Below are positions 1 to 9,795 of a stretch of DNA of 64,000 nucleotides, piece by piece (the first letter of the stretch is position 1; each line of letters opens with the position of its first letter). Both the position numbers and the translations under genes were made by a program. The notes beneath the pieces are model-generated. The model ran no database searches. It was not told where the DNA came from and saw only the letters and a program-made list of their open reading frames with translations. Source of the DNA: a virus. The stretch covers positions 1 to 64,000 of IMG/VR virus record IMGVR_UViG_3300011113_000664; one strand, 5' to 3'.

Positions 1-3000
1 AATCTAATACTAATTCTTTATCTACTGATTGTGGGTCCATTAAACTGTTAAAAAATACTGTTACTTTTGGTCCTTTCACATAACTAATATCACCTGTTTC
101 TAATATCTTTAATGCTTTATCTATATTTCTACCATAAGCATTAATTTTAATATCAAGTAATGGGTCATTAAATTTTTGTATTACTTTTTCAGCAGCATAT
201 AAATTACCTAACCATTTATTACCGGGAGATAATACAGCAACAACTGCTGCTGCTATTCTAAAATCTATATTAAATTTATTTGATAATGTATTTACATCTT
301 TATTTGCATGATTATACCATTTGCCCCAATAATCTTTTTCTTCATCATCTGCCTCATTATATACTGCAATAATATTATCAACACCTTTTCCTTCATCAGT
401 TGAAATACCTAAGTCTAAAGTTGTTTTAGGTTTAGGTCTTTTAGGTTCTAATAAATACTCATCTTCATTTAATGATTCTTGATACTTATCAATCCATGCT
501 TGTAATTCATGAACATCAGGTGCATAATCTTTACCCTTTCTTCTTGTAATTGCATCATGCGCTTTTTTAATTAATTCTTTAGGATAGTTGTCTAATAAAT
601 ATTCATCTTCATTTAATTCTTTCCCAAAATCCTCTATATCTTTTTTTGATTTAATAGTTTGCACATTATAACCAAATTTATTTAAGGCTTTATCTCTTAA
701 TATTTTATAATCTGAATATTTCATCAAATAAGAATCATCGGGTACAACACAATCATTAGTTTTACAAGCACTTTCAATATATTTTATTAAATCAGAATAA
801 ATCAATTTAAATTGCTCTTGGTAAGGAATTTTTTTAACTCCACTAACATAGCTATCCTTTTTTAAATTACTGTATGAAAAATCAATTTTATATGGCTGAC
901 CTTCTGAATCAAGATAAAAATATTTTCTTGTTATACCATGTCTATATTGGAAAACTTCTAAATTATTAAAATCTTCTATTATATATGATGCATAAAACAT
1001 ATAACCATCAGCAGCCTGTTTATATTTTTCCCCAAATATACTTTTCAAAAATTCATATAATGGTTGCCATATAGGTTTATCACCTTTAACAATATCATTT
1101 GTTATTAACATACCATTGAAATATTTATCATCACTATTTTCACTTTCCTCTTCATTTAATCCTTTCCAAATTTTACCTTGTCTGCATTTCACAACAGCAC
1201 CAGAAGCATAAGCACTAGGCCATACATCATATTTTCTTTTAGCAATCCTAGTACATCTATCACCTTTACTTTTTTTACGAAGTTTTGTTCTTGCTTTCTT
1301 TGCTTCTTCTAATTCACCTTTGGTGATTTCTTCCATAAAGTTTGCATCTTCAGCATCCTCTTTTAATTTCTTTGGATTGTTCATCCAATTTTGAATTAAA
1401 TCTTTTTTACTTACTTCCATTTCTTCTAATTGTGTTTGTTTTTCTATACTAACCGCATTTTCATCAAATACGACATAATTAAATCCTCTTGCAGTATCAC
1501 TTGTTGCACCTCTTGCTATACTTTCAGCAGGATATTTAATACCATCTATACCTGCACGAAGTAAAAATAATGATGCTTCTTTATCAGAATTTAATATTTT
1601 AGAAATATTTTTATATACATTTTCTCCAGTTTGATTTCTTCTATTAAAATCTTTAGCAATCATTTCAAGCATTATATTACCAATTAATTTTGCTTGGTTA
1701 GCTATTTTATCAAAAATATTATCACTTACTTGTCTATCCCACTCTAACCAAGTATATTGTTCAGGTGTTTTGCCTTTGTGAAGACTTACTTTATAAAGAT
1801 TGCGTTTTATATCTATTTTAATTTTTGGGTTCTTTTCTAAAAATGCGATAGCTTTTTTTCGTTTTTTTGTTGTTACATTTTCAGGAAACCCTTCTTCTGC
1901 TTTTTGAATCTCTTTCAATTCGGTTAAAACAGCATTTACATCTCCATTTGCTTTCAATAAAAAATTTTGGTAATAAAATAATGGATGATTAGGAGAATCT
2001 ATTTGTCTTTTGTTTACATAAACTTTTGCATCTATTTCACCAAGTTTTTGTGCATAATCTCTTGCAATACTTTCCAAATCTGTAAAATACAATCCCCATC
2101 CAAAAGCCTGTGCGCCTTCACCTGTACCCATATGTTGAGTTGAAAATTTATCAAATGAATGTGGTGAACCATGATAAGCAGTAACTTCTTCATCTTGAAG
2201 TTCCATCCCTTCTTTAATTAAAGAATTACCAACAAATTTTTTGAATCCTTCTATATCTTGTTTAGAACCTAAGATATGTATATTATTTGAATCATATACG
2301 ACATATTGTAAAGGTGTAGAATGTTCATAATAATCAATTACACCATCATTATATAATTCTACATAAGCAGTAACACCATAGTTTTTATTTTTTCTAATAA
2401 AATCTTGAAAATCTTTTGAATCTCTATCTTTAGGGTCTATAAATGGATTATTAATATTTAATTTTACTGCAAGTATATTATTAGTTGGGTTTTTTAGTGC
2501 ATTTGCATTCCAAACATTTTCAACCTTTTCTAAAGGTGCAAAATAAAAAGCTTTACCATAATCACCGAAATCTTTTGCGAAAGATAAATCAAACTTTTCA
2601 AAAGGAACTTTAGATTTTGTTCTATGAAAAACGATATCTTTAACTTTACTAGTAGGAAATATAGTATCAAGATATTGTGAATATTCTTCTTTTGTTCCTA
2701 TTTTTGCTAATTCAAGATTAGATTTAAAAACAAAATCAACATCAGTTGGGGTATAGTTTTCTTGTAATTGTGTTTGTTTATTTCTATTAACAAAGTTTTT
2801 GAATCCTTCTATGTCTTTTTCAGAACCCAATCTTAAATAATTTTTTGAATCAAAAACAACCATTTGATATATTTTATTATTTCTTGTTGGTTCAATAATA
2901 CCATCATGCCTAGTTTTTATATAATTTTCAAATTCACCAATATCCATATTATCAATTTCTTCTGCTGATGGGTTATTAAGTGATAATTTAAAATCATTAA

Positions 3001-3703
3001 TAAGTTTATCTCTATTATCTGGTATATAATCTGGTGGTATTTCATAAAGTGACTCATAATCGTTATGGTCCTGCCTTTCTAGAAAATAATTTGAACTAAT
3101 ATAAGGATTAGTAATATTAACTTTAAAATATAAAGGCTCCCCCATAATGTTTCTAGTCCATAATTTTTTACTAGTAGTTAAATATAGATATCTACCAAGG
3201 TCAGAACCATTTCCTTTTCTTTTAGATATATCATAAATATCAAAAACATCTTGACTTAAATGTATATAAATATCTTTATATTTGCTACTTGGGAATACGG
3301 TTTTTAAATACTTACTATATTCTTGTTGTGTACCAATAAGTTCTAATTTTGAATTTTGTTTAAAAATTTGATTAATTATATTGTTTTCATATTCTTCTTT
3401 AATTAAAGATTTCTTTTTGATTTCTATATTTTCCTTAATTAAAATATTTAAATCACTTCTACCTTTAAGAACTCTATGATATGTTTCTTTGGGAATGAAT
3501 AGTTCAGTTCCTTTTTTTAATCTGATAGGTAATTCATTATCCATTTGAAATCCCCAATCGGATTCATTTAATACTTTAACATATCTATCTTCTTTATCCC
3601 TATGCCAAGCTAAAGATTGAGGGTCAGTATTACTATCAAATTTCCTTATAAAAGTATTTTCTTTTAAGTTTTTTTGTGTAAATGGTAAGTTATTTGATTT
3701 CAT
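1..3703 (-). CDS. Large multidomain virion-cargo-like polyprotein (>1230 aa, runs off the window): N-terminal cupin-like domain, three ADP-ribosyltransferase-like (ART-PolyVal-type) domains, small Cys domain, C-terminal HhH-glycosylase-like domain
   Basis: Missing from the ORF track because it has no stop in the window. Hand translation from ATG at 3703 (MKSNNLPFTQ...WHRDKEDR) stays open to base 1 (...KELVLD). Motifs: AYHGSPHSFDKFS..GTGEGAQAFGWGLYFT, IVFHRT..FEKFD..GDYGKAFYF, YVVFD, YDVWPSAYASGAVVKCR, WYNHA..AAAVVAVLSPGNKW. Confidence 0.85.
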   Translation of the reverse strand, partial: MKSNNLPFTQKNLKENTFIRKFDSNTDPQSLAWHRDKEDRYVKVLNESDWGFQMDNELPIRLKKGTELFIPKETYHRVLKGRSDLNILIKENIEIKKKSLIKEEYENNIINQIFKQNSKLELIGTQQEYSKYLKTVFPSSKYKDIYIHLSQDVFDIYDISKRKGNGSDLGRYLYLTTSKKLWTRNIMGEPLYFKVNITNPYISSNYFLERQDHNDYESLYEIPPDYIPDNRDKLINDFKLSLNNPSAEEIDNMDIGEFENYIKTRHDGIIEPTRNNKIYQMVVFDSKNYLRLGSEKDIEGFKNFVNRNKQTQLQENYTPTDVDFVFKSNLELAKIGTKEEYSQYLDTIFPTSKVKDIVFHRTKSKVPFEKFDLSFAKDFGDYGKAFYFAPLEKVENVWNANALKNPTNNILAVKLNINNPFIDPKDRDSKDFQDFIRKNKNYGVTAYVELYNDGVIDYYEHSTPLQYVVYDSNNIHILGSKQDIEGFKKFVGNSLIKEGMELQDEEVTAYHGSPHSFDKFSTQHMGTGEGAQAFGWGLYFTDLESIARDYAQKLGEIDAKVYVNKRQIDSPNHPLFYYQNFLLKANGDVNAVLTELKEIQKAEEGFPENVTTKKRKKAIAFLEKNPKIKIDIKRNLYKVSLHKGKTPEQYTWLEWDRQVSDNIFDKIANQAKLIGNIMLEMIAKDFNRRNQTGENVYKNISKILNSDKEASLFLLRAGIDGIKYPAESIARGATSDTARGFNYVVFDENAVSIEKQTQLEEMEVSKKDLIQNWMNNPKKLKEDAEDANFMEEITKGELEEAKKARTKLRKKSKGDRCTRIAKRKYDVWPSAYASGAVVKCRQGKIWKGLNEEESENSDDKYFNGMLITNDIVKGDKPIWQPLYEFLKSIFGEKYKQAADGYMFYASYIIEDFNNLEVFQYRHGITRKYFYLDSEGQPYKIDFSYSNLKKDSYVSGVKKIPYQEQFKLIYSDLIKYIESACKTNDCVVPDDSYLMKYSDYKILRDKALNKFGYNVQTIKSKKDIEDFGKELNEDEYLLDNYPKELIKKAHDAITRRKGKDYAPDVHELQAWIDKYQESLNEDEYLLEPKRPKPKTTLDLGISTDEGKGVDNIIAVYNEADDEEKDYWGKWYNHANKDVNTLSNKFNIDFRIAAAVVAVLSPGNKWLGNLYAAEKVIQKFNDPLLDIKINAYGRNIDKALKILETGDISYVKGPKVTVFFNSLMDPQSVDKELVLD

Positions 3704-3705
3704 AT

Positions 3706-4377
3706 TTATTTTTTTCTAAATTCTTTTTTTAATCTTCCCTCAACATAATTTTTAGGTATTATATCTGTTGTTTTAAAATATTTTTCTTTACCTTCTTCTA
3801 TTGAATGATACCATTTCATTCCTAACACATTTACTTTACCTAATGCACCTATTTTAACCCTACCTAACTTCCATCCATCAGGTATATCACCTAATATCAT
3901 TTTTGATTCGTTTGTTAAAATATTTGTAATCCATTTTTTATTATAATTATGATTTAATTCACCATCTTGTTTCCTATTAATTTTTTCACCATTTAAATCT
4001 CTTAAAATTTTTTTATATTTTTTAGTTTCAATTCCTTTATTTATGGTATCTAAAGATTTAGGTCTTTTCCACATTTCCATGCAAAGATTTTTAGCATATT
4101 CATATTCTCTAGATGATACTATATAATCTCTTTTTGTTTTTTGATTACACATTCCCCAAAAAGCATATTTAAGTTTTTCATTATTAGGATATAATTCACA
4201 TAATATTTTATGACAAATAAAATGTTCCTTTGCTGTTAATATTGTCAAATTATTTTTTTGATTTGTACCACCCATACATCTAGGAATAATATGATGCTTT
4301 TCTTTATAGATTGAATTATCTATAATCCTATTTTGACCTCTTTCACAAATTTTATTATATATTAGTAATAAATCCAT
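3706..4377 (-). CDS. HNH homing endonuclease
   Basis: EKHHIIPRCMGGTNQKNNLTILTAKEHFICH HNH motif, followed by NUMOD-like KWITN..GWKLGR repeats. Confidence 0.85.
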   Translation of the reverse strand: MDLLLIYNKICERGQNRIIDNSIYKEKHHIIPRCMGGTNQKNNLTILTAKEHFICHKILCELYPNNEKLKYAFWGMCNQKTKRDYIVSSREYEYAKNLCMEMWKRPKSLDTINKGIETKKYKKILRDLNGEKINRKQDGELNHNYNKKWITNILTNESKMILGDIPDGWKLGRVKIGALGKVNVLGMKWYHSIEEGKEKYFKTTDIIPKNYVEGRLKKEFRKK

Positions 4378-4398
4378 AATATAAATATAATAAATTGA

Positions 4399-5802
4399 TT
4401 ACCAATAACCTCCAGTTGAGGAAAGGCCGAGGCTGCGTGCCACAGATGGTAATCTGCACGACCAATATCCACTTGTGGTTCTATCTTTCTTTTGTGGGCA
4501 ATTATGTCTTGCTGAGAATGATTTCTTAGCTTTAGGGTCTCTAAGTTTAACTGCAAGATTGTGTCCACCACCTGCTGCACCGAAAGATACTTTTTTTACT
4601 TTACCTGTCTTTGGATTTCTCACATAAACATAAAATTTTTTTCCACTTGAACCGCCACGCTTTGGTTTACCTAATTGAACTTTCTTACCTTTATATACCG
4701 CTTCAGATAAAAGTTCTTCATCAGATTGAAACTCTTCTTGAATTAAACCAAGATATACTTCACCAATACCTTTAATCTTTACAGGAGTTGGGTCAAACTC
4801 ATCAACAATGAAAGCATCAGCTTCATTTAATGAAATAAGACCTTTATTATAAAGTTCTTTAACTTCCTTTATAAGTTCAATATGTTTATGTGAACCATAT
4901 CTGAATTCAGATTCACATAAAGGAATATTTTCATCTAAATGATGTTTTAATTCTTTAGAAACGAAAGCCTTTTTTTTTAGTTTCATTCCTTCGTTAATAC
5001 TAGGTAGATTTTTATTTAAACTATCATCAAAACCACGACTTTTTAAAAATTCTTGTTCTTTACCAAGTGCTTTTGCTTTAAAATATTCTACAAAATCATC
5101 ATTTGATAGTTTTGATGTTACAAATTCTCTCTTTTTTCTAATACCGATATGTGTAGGATTTTTTAATCTTGCATCTTCAGGTGAACCTAATGTATCATCT
5201 TCTTCATACATCATTTCTTCATCATCCTCATCTTCTTCTTCACCCCAAGAATCATCTTCACCTTGACCATGCATTTCACCCATAATGAAATCAAATACTT
5301 GGTCCATATTATTCTTTGCTTCAGCAATATGGTCAGCAGCCCAATCATGTCCATTATTCAAAAGGTCTTCAAGCATATCTTCATCCATTTGAAGAAGCAT
5401 TCTTGCTTGACGCATCATTTGTTCTAGGTTTGAAAAGAACATATATCTTGTGTCGTTAGGCTCTTCAGAACCACCACAACCACAATCACTTTCATCCAAT
5501 TCAACACCTCTACCTTTTAATATATCTGCTCTAGTTACTTTTCCATCACTTGTTAAATCAGGGAATGATTCTTTTTCATGTAATTTCTTTTTAGATTTCT
5601 TCTTAGTAATCTTTCTCATGGCTCTTAAATCAGCCATATCATCGGCTTCAATATCACCATCATTATCTACATCAAAAGTACGAAGTTGTTTTTTAGTTAG
5701 TTTTTTCTTTTCATCAATTACCTCATCTTTTTTTATTTCTTTAGTTTCATTGATGAAGTTTTTGATTCTATCAAATTGATTTTTACTTATAACTGCTTTC
5801 AT
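4399..5802 (-). CDS. Multidomain late protein, probable capsid-internal cargo
   Basis: 467 aa; CTATTTAT upstream; N-terminal tag MKAVISKNQFDRIKNFINE; DxDxDG motifs; basic C-terminal domain with ARHNC..YWSC. Confidence 0.7.
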   Translation of the reverse strand: MKAVISKNQFDRIKNFINETKEIKKDEVIDEKKKLTKKQLRTFDVDNDGDIEADDMADLRAMRKITKKKSKKKLHEKESFPDLTSDGKVTRADILKGRGVELDESDCGCGGSEEPNDTRYMFFSNLEQMMRQARMLLQMDEDMLEDLLNNGHDWAADHIAEAKNNMDQVFDFIMGEMHGQGEDDSWGEEEDEDDEEMMYEEDDTLGSPEDARLKNPTHIGIRKKREFVTSKLSNDDFVEYFKAKALGKEQEFLKSRGFDDSLNKNLPSINEGMKLKKKAFVSKELKHHLDENIPLCESEFRYGSHKHIELIKEVKELYNKGLISLNEADAFIVDEFDPTPVKIKGIGEVYLGLIQEEFQSDEELLSEAVYKGKKVQLGKPKRGGSSGKKFYVYVRNPKTGKVKKVSFGAAGGGHNLAVKLRDPKAKKSFSARHNCPQKKDRTTSGYWSCRLPSVARSLGLSSTGGYW

Positions 5803-5828
5803 AGATTATGATTTTATATAAATAGTTT

Positions 5829-8213
5829 TTATTGATTATTTTTCCTCTTTTTAATGAAGTTTTGAACCTTCATTAAGTTAGTTTCCTTTATGGTTACTTT
5901 TCTTTGCTCAGTTAACTCTTCTTGCAATGAAGTTAATGAATTAAAGATTTCATTCATTGGTGTTGTGGTTTCTTCTTTTGGAAGTTTTCCGTATTTTTGT
6001 AATATTTGTTTAATCTTTTCAGGGTTTGATGAAAACTTTAATAAATATTCAATCTCATCTGAATATAAATATTCAGATTTAGATTCAAATGAATCTATAT
6101 TCATTATAAAATTTTTACCTTTATTATTACCATATTTATTTAATATATCAATAATCTTATCAGGTTCTTTGGAATATCTTAATAAGGTTTCAATATCATA
6201 ATTATCTATATTCATTATAAATTTTTTACCTTTATTATTACCATATTTATTTAATATATCAATAATCTTATCAGGTTCTTTGGAATAATTTAATAAGGTT
6301 TCAATACCATCTGAATCTAAATTCATTATAAATTCTTCACCACGAATATCAAATAACATATCAATAATCTTATCAGGTTCTTTGGAATATTTTAATAAGA
6401 TTCTAATACCATAATTATCTAAATTCATTATAAATTCTTTACCACCATTATTTATTAACATATTATTAATAATATCAAAACCACTAGTACTACCGTTCCG
6501 AATATAACCTGATGAAGTTTTTAAAATTTCCATAATTTTTTCACCATTTAAATTAATTACAAGTTCTTTTCTTTTATTTTCAGGTAATATTAAAAGTTCA
6601 CTATAATTAAATTGTATATTTGAATTTTCATTTTTTAGATATATTTCAACTTTTTTTTCTGTTATTTGTTGATATCTTTTTAATAAATTTTTATTTGATT
6701 TAATTAACTCAAATTGACCTTCTGTTAAACCAACCCCAAATCCAATATATAAATTCATTAAATCTTCAGGTAAACATTTAAACTGTGTATCTGTTAATAA
6801 CTTTTCAGGTGGCATTACATAAACATCCAAATATCTTCTTTTTGAAACATAATCTAATTTACAAAAAGTTTCATCATCTGTTCCATCTTTAAATCTTTCA
6901 TAAAATTCTTTATCTTCAGGTGATAATTCAACAGGTTTAAATATTTTTTGTAAATTCGCTATTCTAGGCTCTATTGCAACTATTTCATCCCATGACATAT
7001 CTATATCACCCTCATTCATTGCTGAAGTTACAATGTATTGTTTTGTTGTTGTATCTCCAATTCTAGCACCTTTTAAAACTTGCAAAACAAAAAAATGATA
7101 TTTGTCTTTAAATTGACCATTAAAGACATTACCAACCATACTAAATAATCCTAATTCTTTTTTGGTTCTATCTTTTATTTTAACAAAATAAAATGCAGGT
7201 TCATGTTCTTTAAATCTATATGTATAAAACATATTAGATGAATCACTTCTTGATACACACCAACCATAAGGAATATTTCCTTTATATTTTATACACGCTC
7301 TTGGAGAATCAGCATAGTATATTTGAAATACATCATCTTCATATATTGGTTTAGCATCAATTTCAATATCCTTACCAAGTGAAGTGCCAGCTAAATCTAT
7401 CTGACCTCCAACATAATCAACAATAGTTTCAAGTTCTTTAAAAGTCTTGTATGAATCTATATTTTTTCTATCTCTAACATTTTCAAGACCACCAATTTGG
7501 TCATTAAGTTGTCTATAATTTTTATCTCTAATTTTCCTAAATCTTTCAATATAGGTTTTAACAATTTGTGGGTCATTACCTTGATTGATATAATTTTGTT
7601 CTTGAGATTTAAAGTCTTCATTTATAAATCCTTTTTTTTCCAATAAGAATTGTTTAACTTTTTCTAGATTCTTTTGTTTAAGATTTTGCTCATTTAATTC
7701 TTTTTGCAAAGAAGTTAAGGATGGTTTACCAAGCAAGTCTTCAACGGCTTTTACAAGGTCTGGATTTGACCCATCATTTTTGGCAGCGTGATAGGCTTCG
7801 GATATTTCTTCCAATGTTTTATAACCACCTCTATAACCCATTTCCCCCGATATATAATCAATAGCCCTTGTTGTATTTTTTTGAGATGGTGTATGAGATG
7901 GTGAATGACCTATATCAAAACCAAGTTTTTTAATTAACCTATTACGAGCATGTCTCATTTTTTGATGAGAAGAAATGCTTCTTCCCCCTGTTTCATCGCT
8001 AAAATTTTGGCCCACAGAAGTAAAAAAGTCATCCATAATGTACGATAACGCTTTAGCCGTAGCCTCAACGGATGAGTAAATACCTTCTGCATCAAACTTT
8101 TCTAATAAGAATTGTTTAACTTTTTCTAAGTTTCTTTGTTTAAGATTTTGCTCATTTAATTCTTTTTGCAAAGAAGTTAAAGATTTAAAGATTTCATTTA
8201 CAGGTGAATTCAT
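5829..8213 (-). CDS. Repeat-containing late protein, probable capsid-internal cargo
   Basis: 794 aa; CTATTTAT upstream; SLTSLQKELNEQ-type segment three times; roughly 37-40 aa repeats LLxYSKEPDKIID. Confidence 0.75.
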   Translation of the reverse strand: MNSPVNEIFKSLTSLQKELNEQNLKQRNLEKVKQFLLEKFDAEGIYSSVEATAKALSYIMDDFFTSVGQNFSDETGGRSISSHQKMRHARNRLIKKLGFDIGHSPSHTPSQKNTTRAIDYISGEMGYRGGYKTLEEISEAYHAAKNDGSNPDLVKAVEDLLGKPSLTSLQKELNEQNLKQKNLEKVKQFLLEKKGFINEDFKSQEQNYINQGNDPQIVKTYIERFRKIRDKNYRQLNDQIGGLENVRDRKNIDSYKTFKELETIVDYVGGQIDLAGTSLGKDIEIDAKPIYEDDVFQIYYADSPRACIKYKGNIPYGWCVSRSDSSNMFYTYRFKEHEPAFYFVKIKDRTKKELGLFSMVGNVFNGQFKDKYHFFVLQVLKGARIGDTTTKQYIVTSAMNEGDIDMSWDEIVAIEPRIANLQKIFKPVELSPEDKEFYERFKDGTDDETFCKLDYVSKRRYLDVYVMPPEKLLTDTQFKCLPEDLMNLYIGFGVGLTEGQFELIKSNKNLLKRYQQITEKKVEIYLKNENSNIQFNYSELLILPENKRKELVINLNGEKIMEILKTSSGYIRNGSTSGFDIINNMLINNGGKEFIMNLDNYGIRILLKYSKEPDKIIDMLFDIRGEEFIMNLDSDGIETLLNYSKEPDKIIDILNKYGNNKGKKFIMNIDNYDIETLLRYSKEPDKIIDILNKYGNNKGKNFIMNIDSFESKSEYLYSDEIEYLLKFSSNPEKIKQILQKYGKLPKEETTTPMNEIFNSLTSLQEELTEQRKVTIKETNLMKVQNFIKKRKNNQ

Positions 8214-8259
8214 TTTAAAACATTTTCTATAAATAGTTTCTATTTATGAAAAAGGGGAA

Positions 8260-8445
8260 ATGAAGAAGATATTGTTGTTAATCGTTATGTTAAGTTGTAA
8301 GACAGAATATTATAATCCTGGTCCATTGAAAACAGAATTAGATTCAAGATACAATGTCAAGAAAAGAACAAAGCAAGATGATGAATATCAAAGCTATTTT
8401 TACAATTCCCGACAATATAAAAATTTAAGAAAAAAGCCTAAGTAA
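8260..8445 (+). CDS. Small putative lipoprotein
   Basis: MKKILLLIVMLSC lipobox-like signal; CTATTTAT at 8240. Confidence 0.55.
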   Translation: MKKILLLIVMLSCKTEYYNPGPLKTELDSRYNVKKRTKQDDEYQSYFYNSRQYKNLRKKPK

Positions 8446-8478
8446 TAAAAAAATTCCCTATATTTGCATTACCAATTT

Positions 8479-8552
8479 GTTCTCTTAGCTCAATCGGTTA
8501 GAGCAACTGACTCATAATCAGTAGGTTACAGGTTCAATTCCTGTAGGGAACA
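8479..8552 (+). tRNA. tRNA with CAT anticodon (Ile2-like or Met)
   Basis: Cloverleaf: acceptor GTTCTCT/AGGGAAC, anticodon arm ACTGA-CTCATAA-TCAGT, T arm ACAGG-TTCAATT-CCTGT; TATATTTG promoter at 8459. Confidence 0.92.
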
Positions 8553-8568
8553 CTAAATTTCATACATA

Positions 8569-8748
8569 ATGTTACAAACTATTTTTAATTTCATCGCAAT
8601 TGTTTATTTTATTTTATCATCAGTGCATTTGATTTGGCAATTTTCAAATGTTCCTAAAGAAATTAAAGAACTTAGAACTCAGATTGTTATTGCACTTTTG
8701 ATTAATTTAATTCTATTATCTCTTGGAATATTTCTTATTTTCAAATAA
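8569..8748 (+). CDS. Small membrane protein (59 aa)
   Basis: Hand-translated MLQTIFNFIAIVYF...; two hydrophobic stretches. Confidence 0.5.
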   Translation: MLQTIFNFIAIVYFILSSVHLIWQFSNVPKEIKELRTQIVIALLINLILLSLGIFLIFK

Positions 8749-8766
8749 AAAACATATATTTGTACT

Positions 8767-9003
8767 ATGAAAAATTTTAAAAATTACTTGCCGACATGGA
8801 GGACAATAAAAATGTTCTTAAACATTGTTTATTATGTAGGATTCATCTTTTGGTTTTTAAGTAGAATCTATGTGATGGTATTTAAACCTATAGGTTCTTT
8901 TGCTACCATTATAACCAATGATGATATATTTATAGCTTTAATATTTATAACATTCTTTATTCTTGATATTAAAGAAGAAATACATAAGAAAAAAACAAAT
9001 TGA
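8767..9003 (+). CDS. Small membrane protein
   Basis: Two hydrophobic segments; TATATTTG-N4-ATG host-type promoter. Confidence 0.65.
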   Translation: MKNFKNYLPTWRTIKMFLNIVYYVGFIFWFLSRIYVMVFKPIGSFATIITNDDIFIALIFITFFILDIKEEIHKKKTN

Positions 9004-9024
9004 ATATTGCATATTATAAAAATT

Positions 9025-9057
9025 AAAACCCATTGGATATTCTGATGGGTTTTTTTT
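9025..9057 (+). terminator. Intrinsic terminator
   Basis: AAAACCCATTGG-atatt-CTGATGGGTTTT followed by a T run. Confidence 0.7.
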
Positions 9058-9079
9058 ACTATTTATAATAAAATAAATA

Positions 9080-9730
9080 ATGATGAAGTTCATACTTACT
9101 GAAAGTCAATTAGAAAAATTAAAATTCTTTCTAAAAAATAAGAAAGAAGCGGTGAAACTATTGGAATCAAAACTAAAAGATAAAGTTGAATTAAAAACTC
9201 CTGAACCTTTAGGTACAAAGAAAGATGATAAAAAAGAAGAGAAACCAATAAAAAGAGAACCAAAGATTGATAATAGTAAATTAAAAATTGATTCTGTATC
9301 TCAATTAGAGAAAGTATTACAAGTTGTTGGTGACCATAACAAAGGTTTAAAAGTACCAACAAGAATTAAATCAAAATTTGAAAAGGAAATTAAATTCTCT
9401 AGTGACATTGTTAGTGATTTAAAAACTAAGTTAGAGAAACTTATTAAAACTACAAGTGGTGTTGACCACAATGTTAATGAAGCTAAAAAATCTGTATTCA
9501 TTGCCACTAAAAATAAAACAGATAATACAGGTAAATTAAAATCATCTTCTTTTAAAGCAGAACTAAAAAAAGTATTAAAAGTTAAATCACTTGATTTACC
9601 TTTATCTGAAGTTGAAATTGATAGACAAGTGGTTAAAGATTTTTTACATAAAGTTACCCAAGATTATTCATCTAACTTTGCAATTCAAAGAGCAGAAGGT
9701 GGGAAAAATAACTTGGTTTACGGAAAATAA
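9080..9730 (+). CDS. Late protein with ITESQL-type N-terminal tag
   Basis: MMKFILTESQLEKL; CTATTTAT at 9059. Confidence 0.7.
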   Translation: MMKFILTESQLEKLKFFLKNKKEAVKLLESKLKDKVELKTPEPLGTKKDDKKEEKPIKREPKIDNSKLKIDSVSQLEKVLQVVGDHNKGLKVPTRIKSKFEKEIKFSSDIVSDLKTKLEKLIKTTSGVDHNVNEAKKSVFIATKNKTDNTGKLKSSSFKAELKKVLKVKSLDLPLSEVEIDRQVVKDFLHKVTQDYSSNFAIQRAEGGKNNLVYGK

Positions 9731-9795
9731 TTACATACTTTTTTCATGTTAAAGGGCTACATTATTGTAGCCTTTTCTATTTAAAAGAAAATACT

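Noticed and set aside
5818-5825. T4 late promoter TATAAATA
   Set aside because: The motif is consistently in the reverse orientation (CTATTTAT on the coding strand), so it is treated as a separate late motif.
5450-6201. Plus-strand ORFs 5450..5779 and 5890..6201, and similar antisense or alternate-frame ORFs in the track (e.g. 27017..27484, 37594..37986, 38026..38427, 60501..60743)
   Set aside because: They overlap better-supported genes or regulatory DNA and lack promoter or start context.
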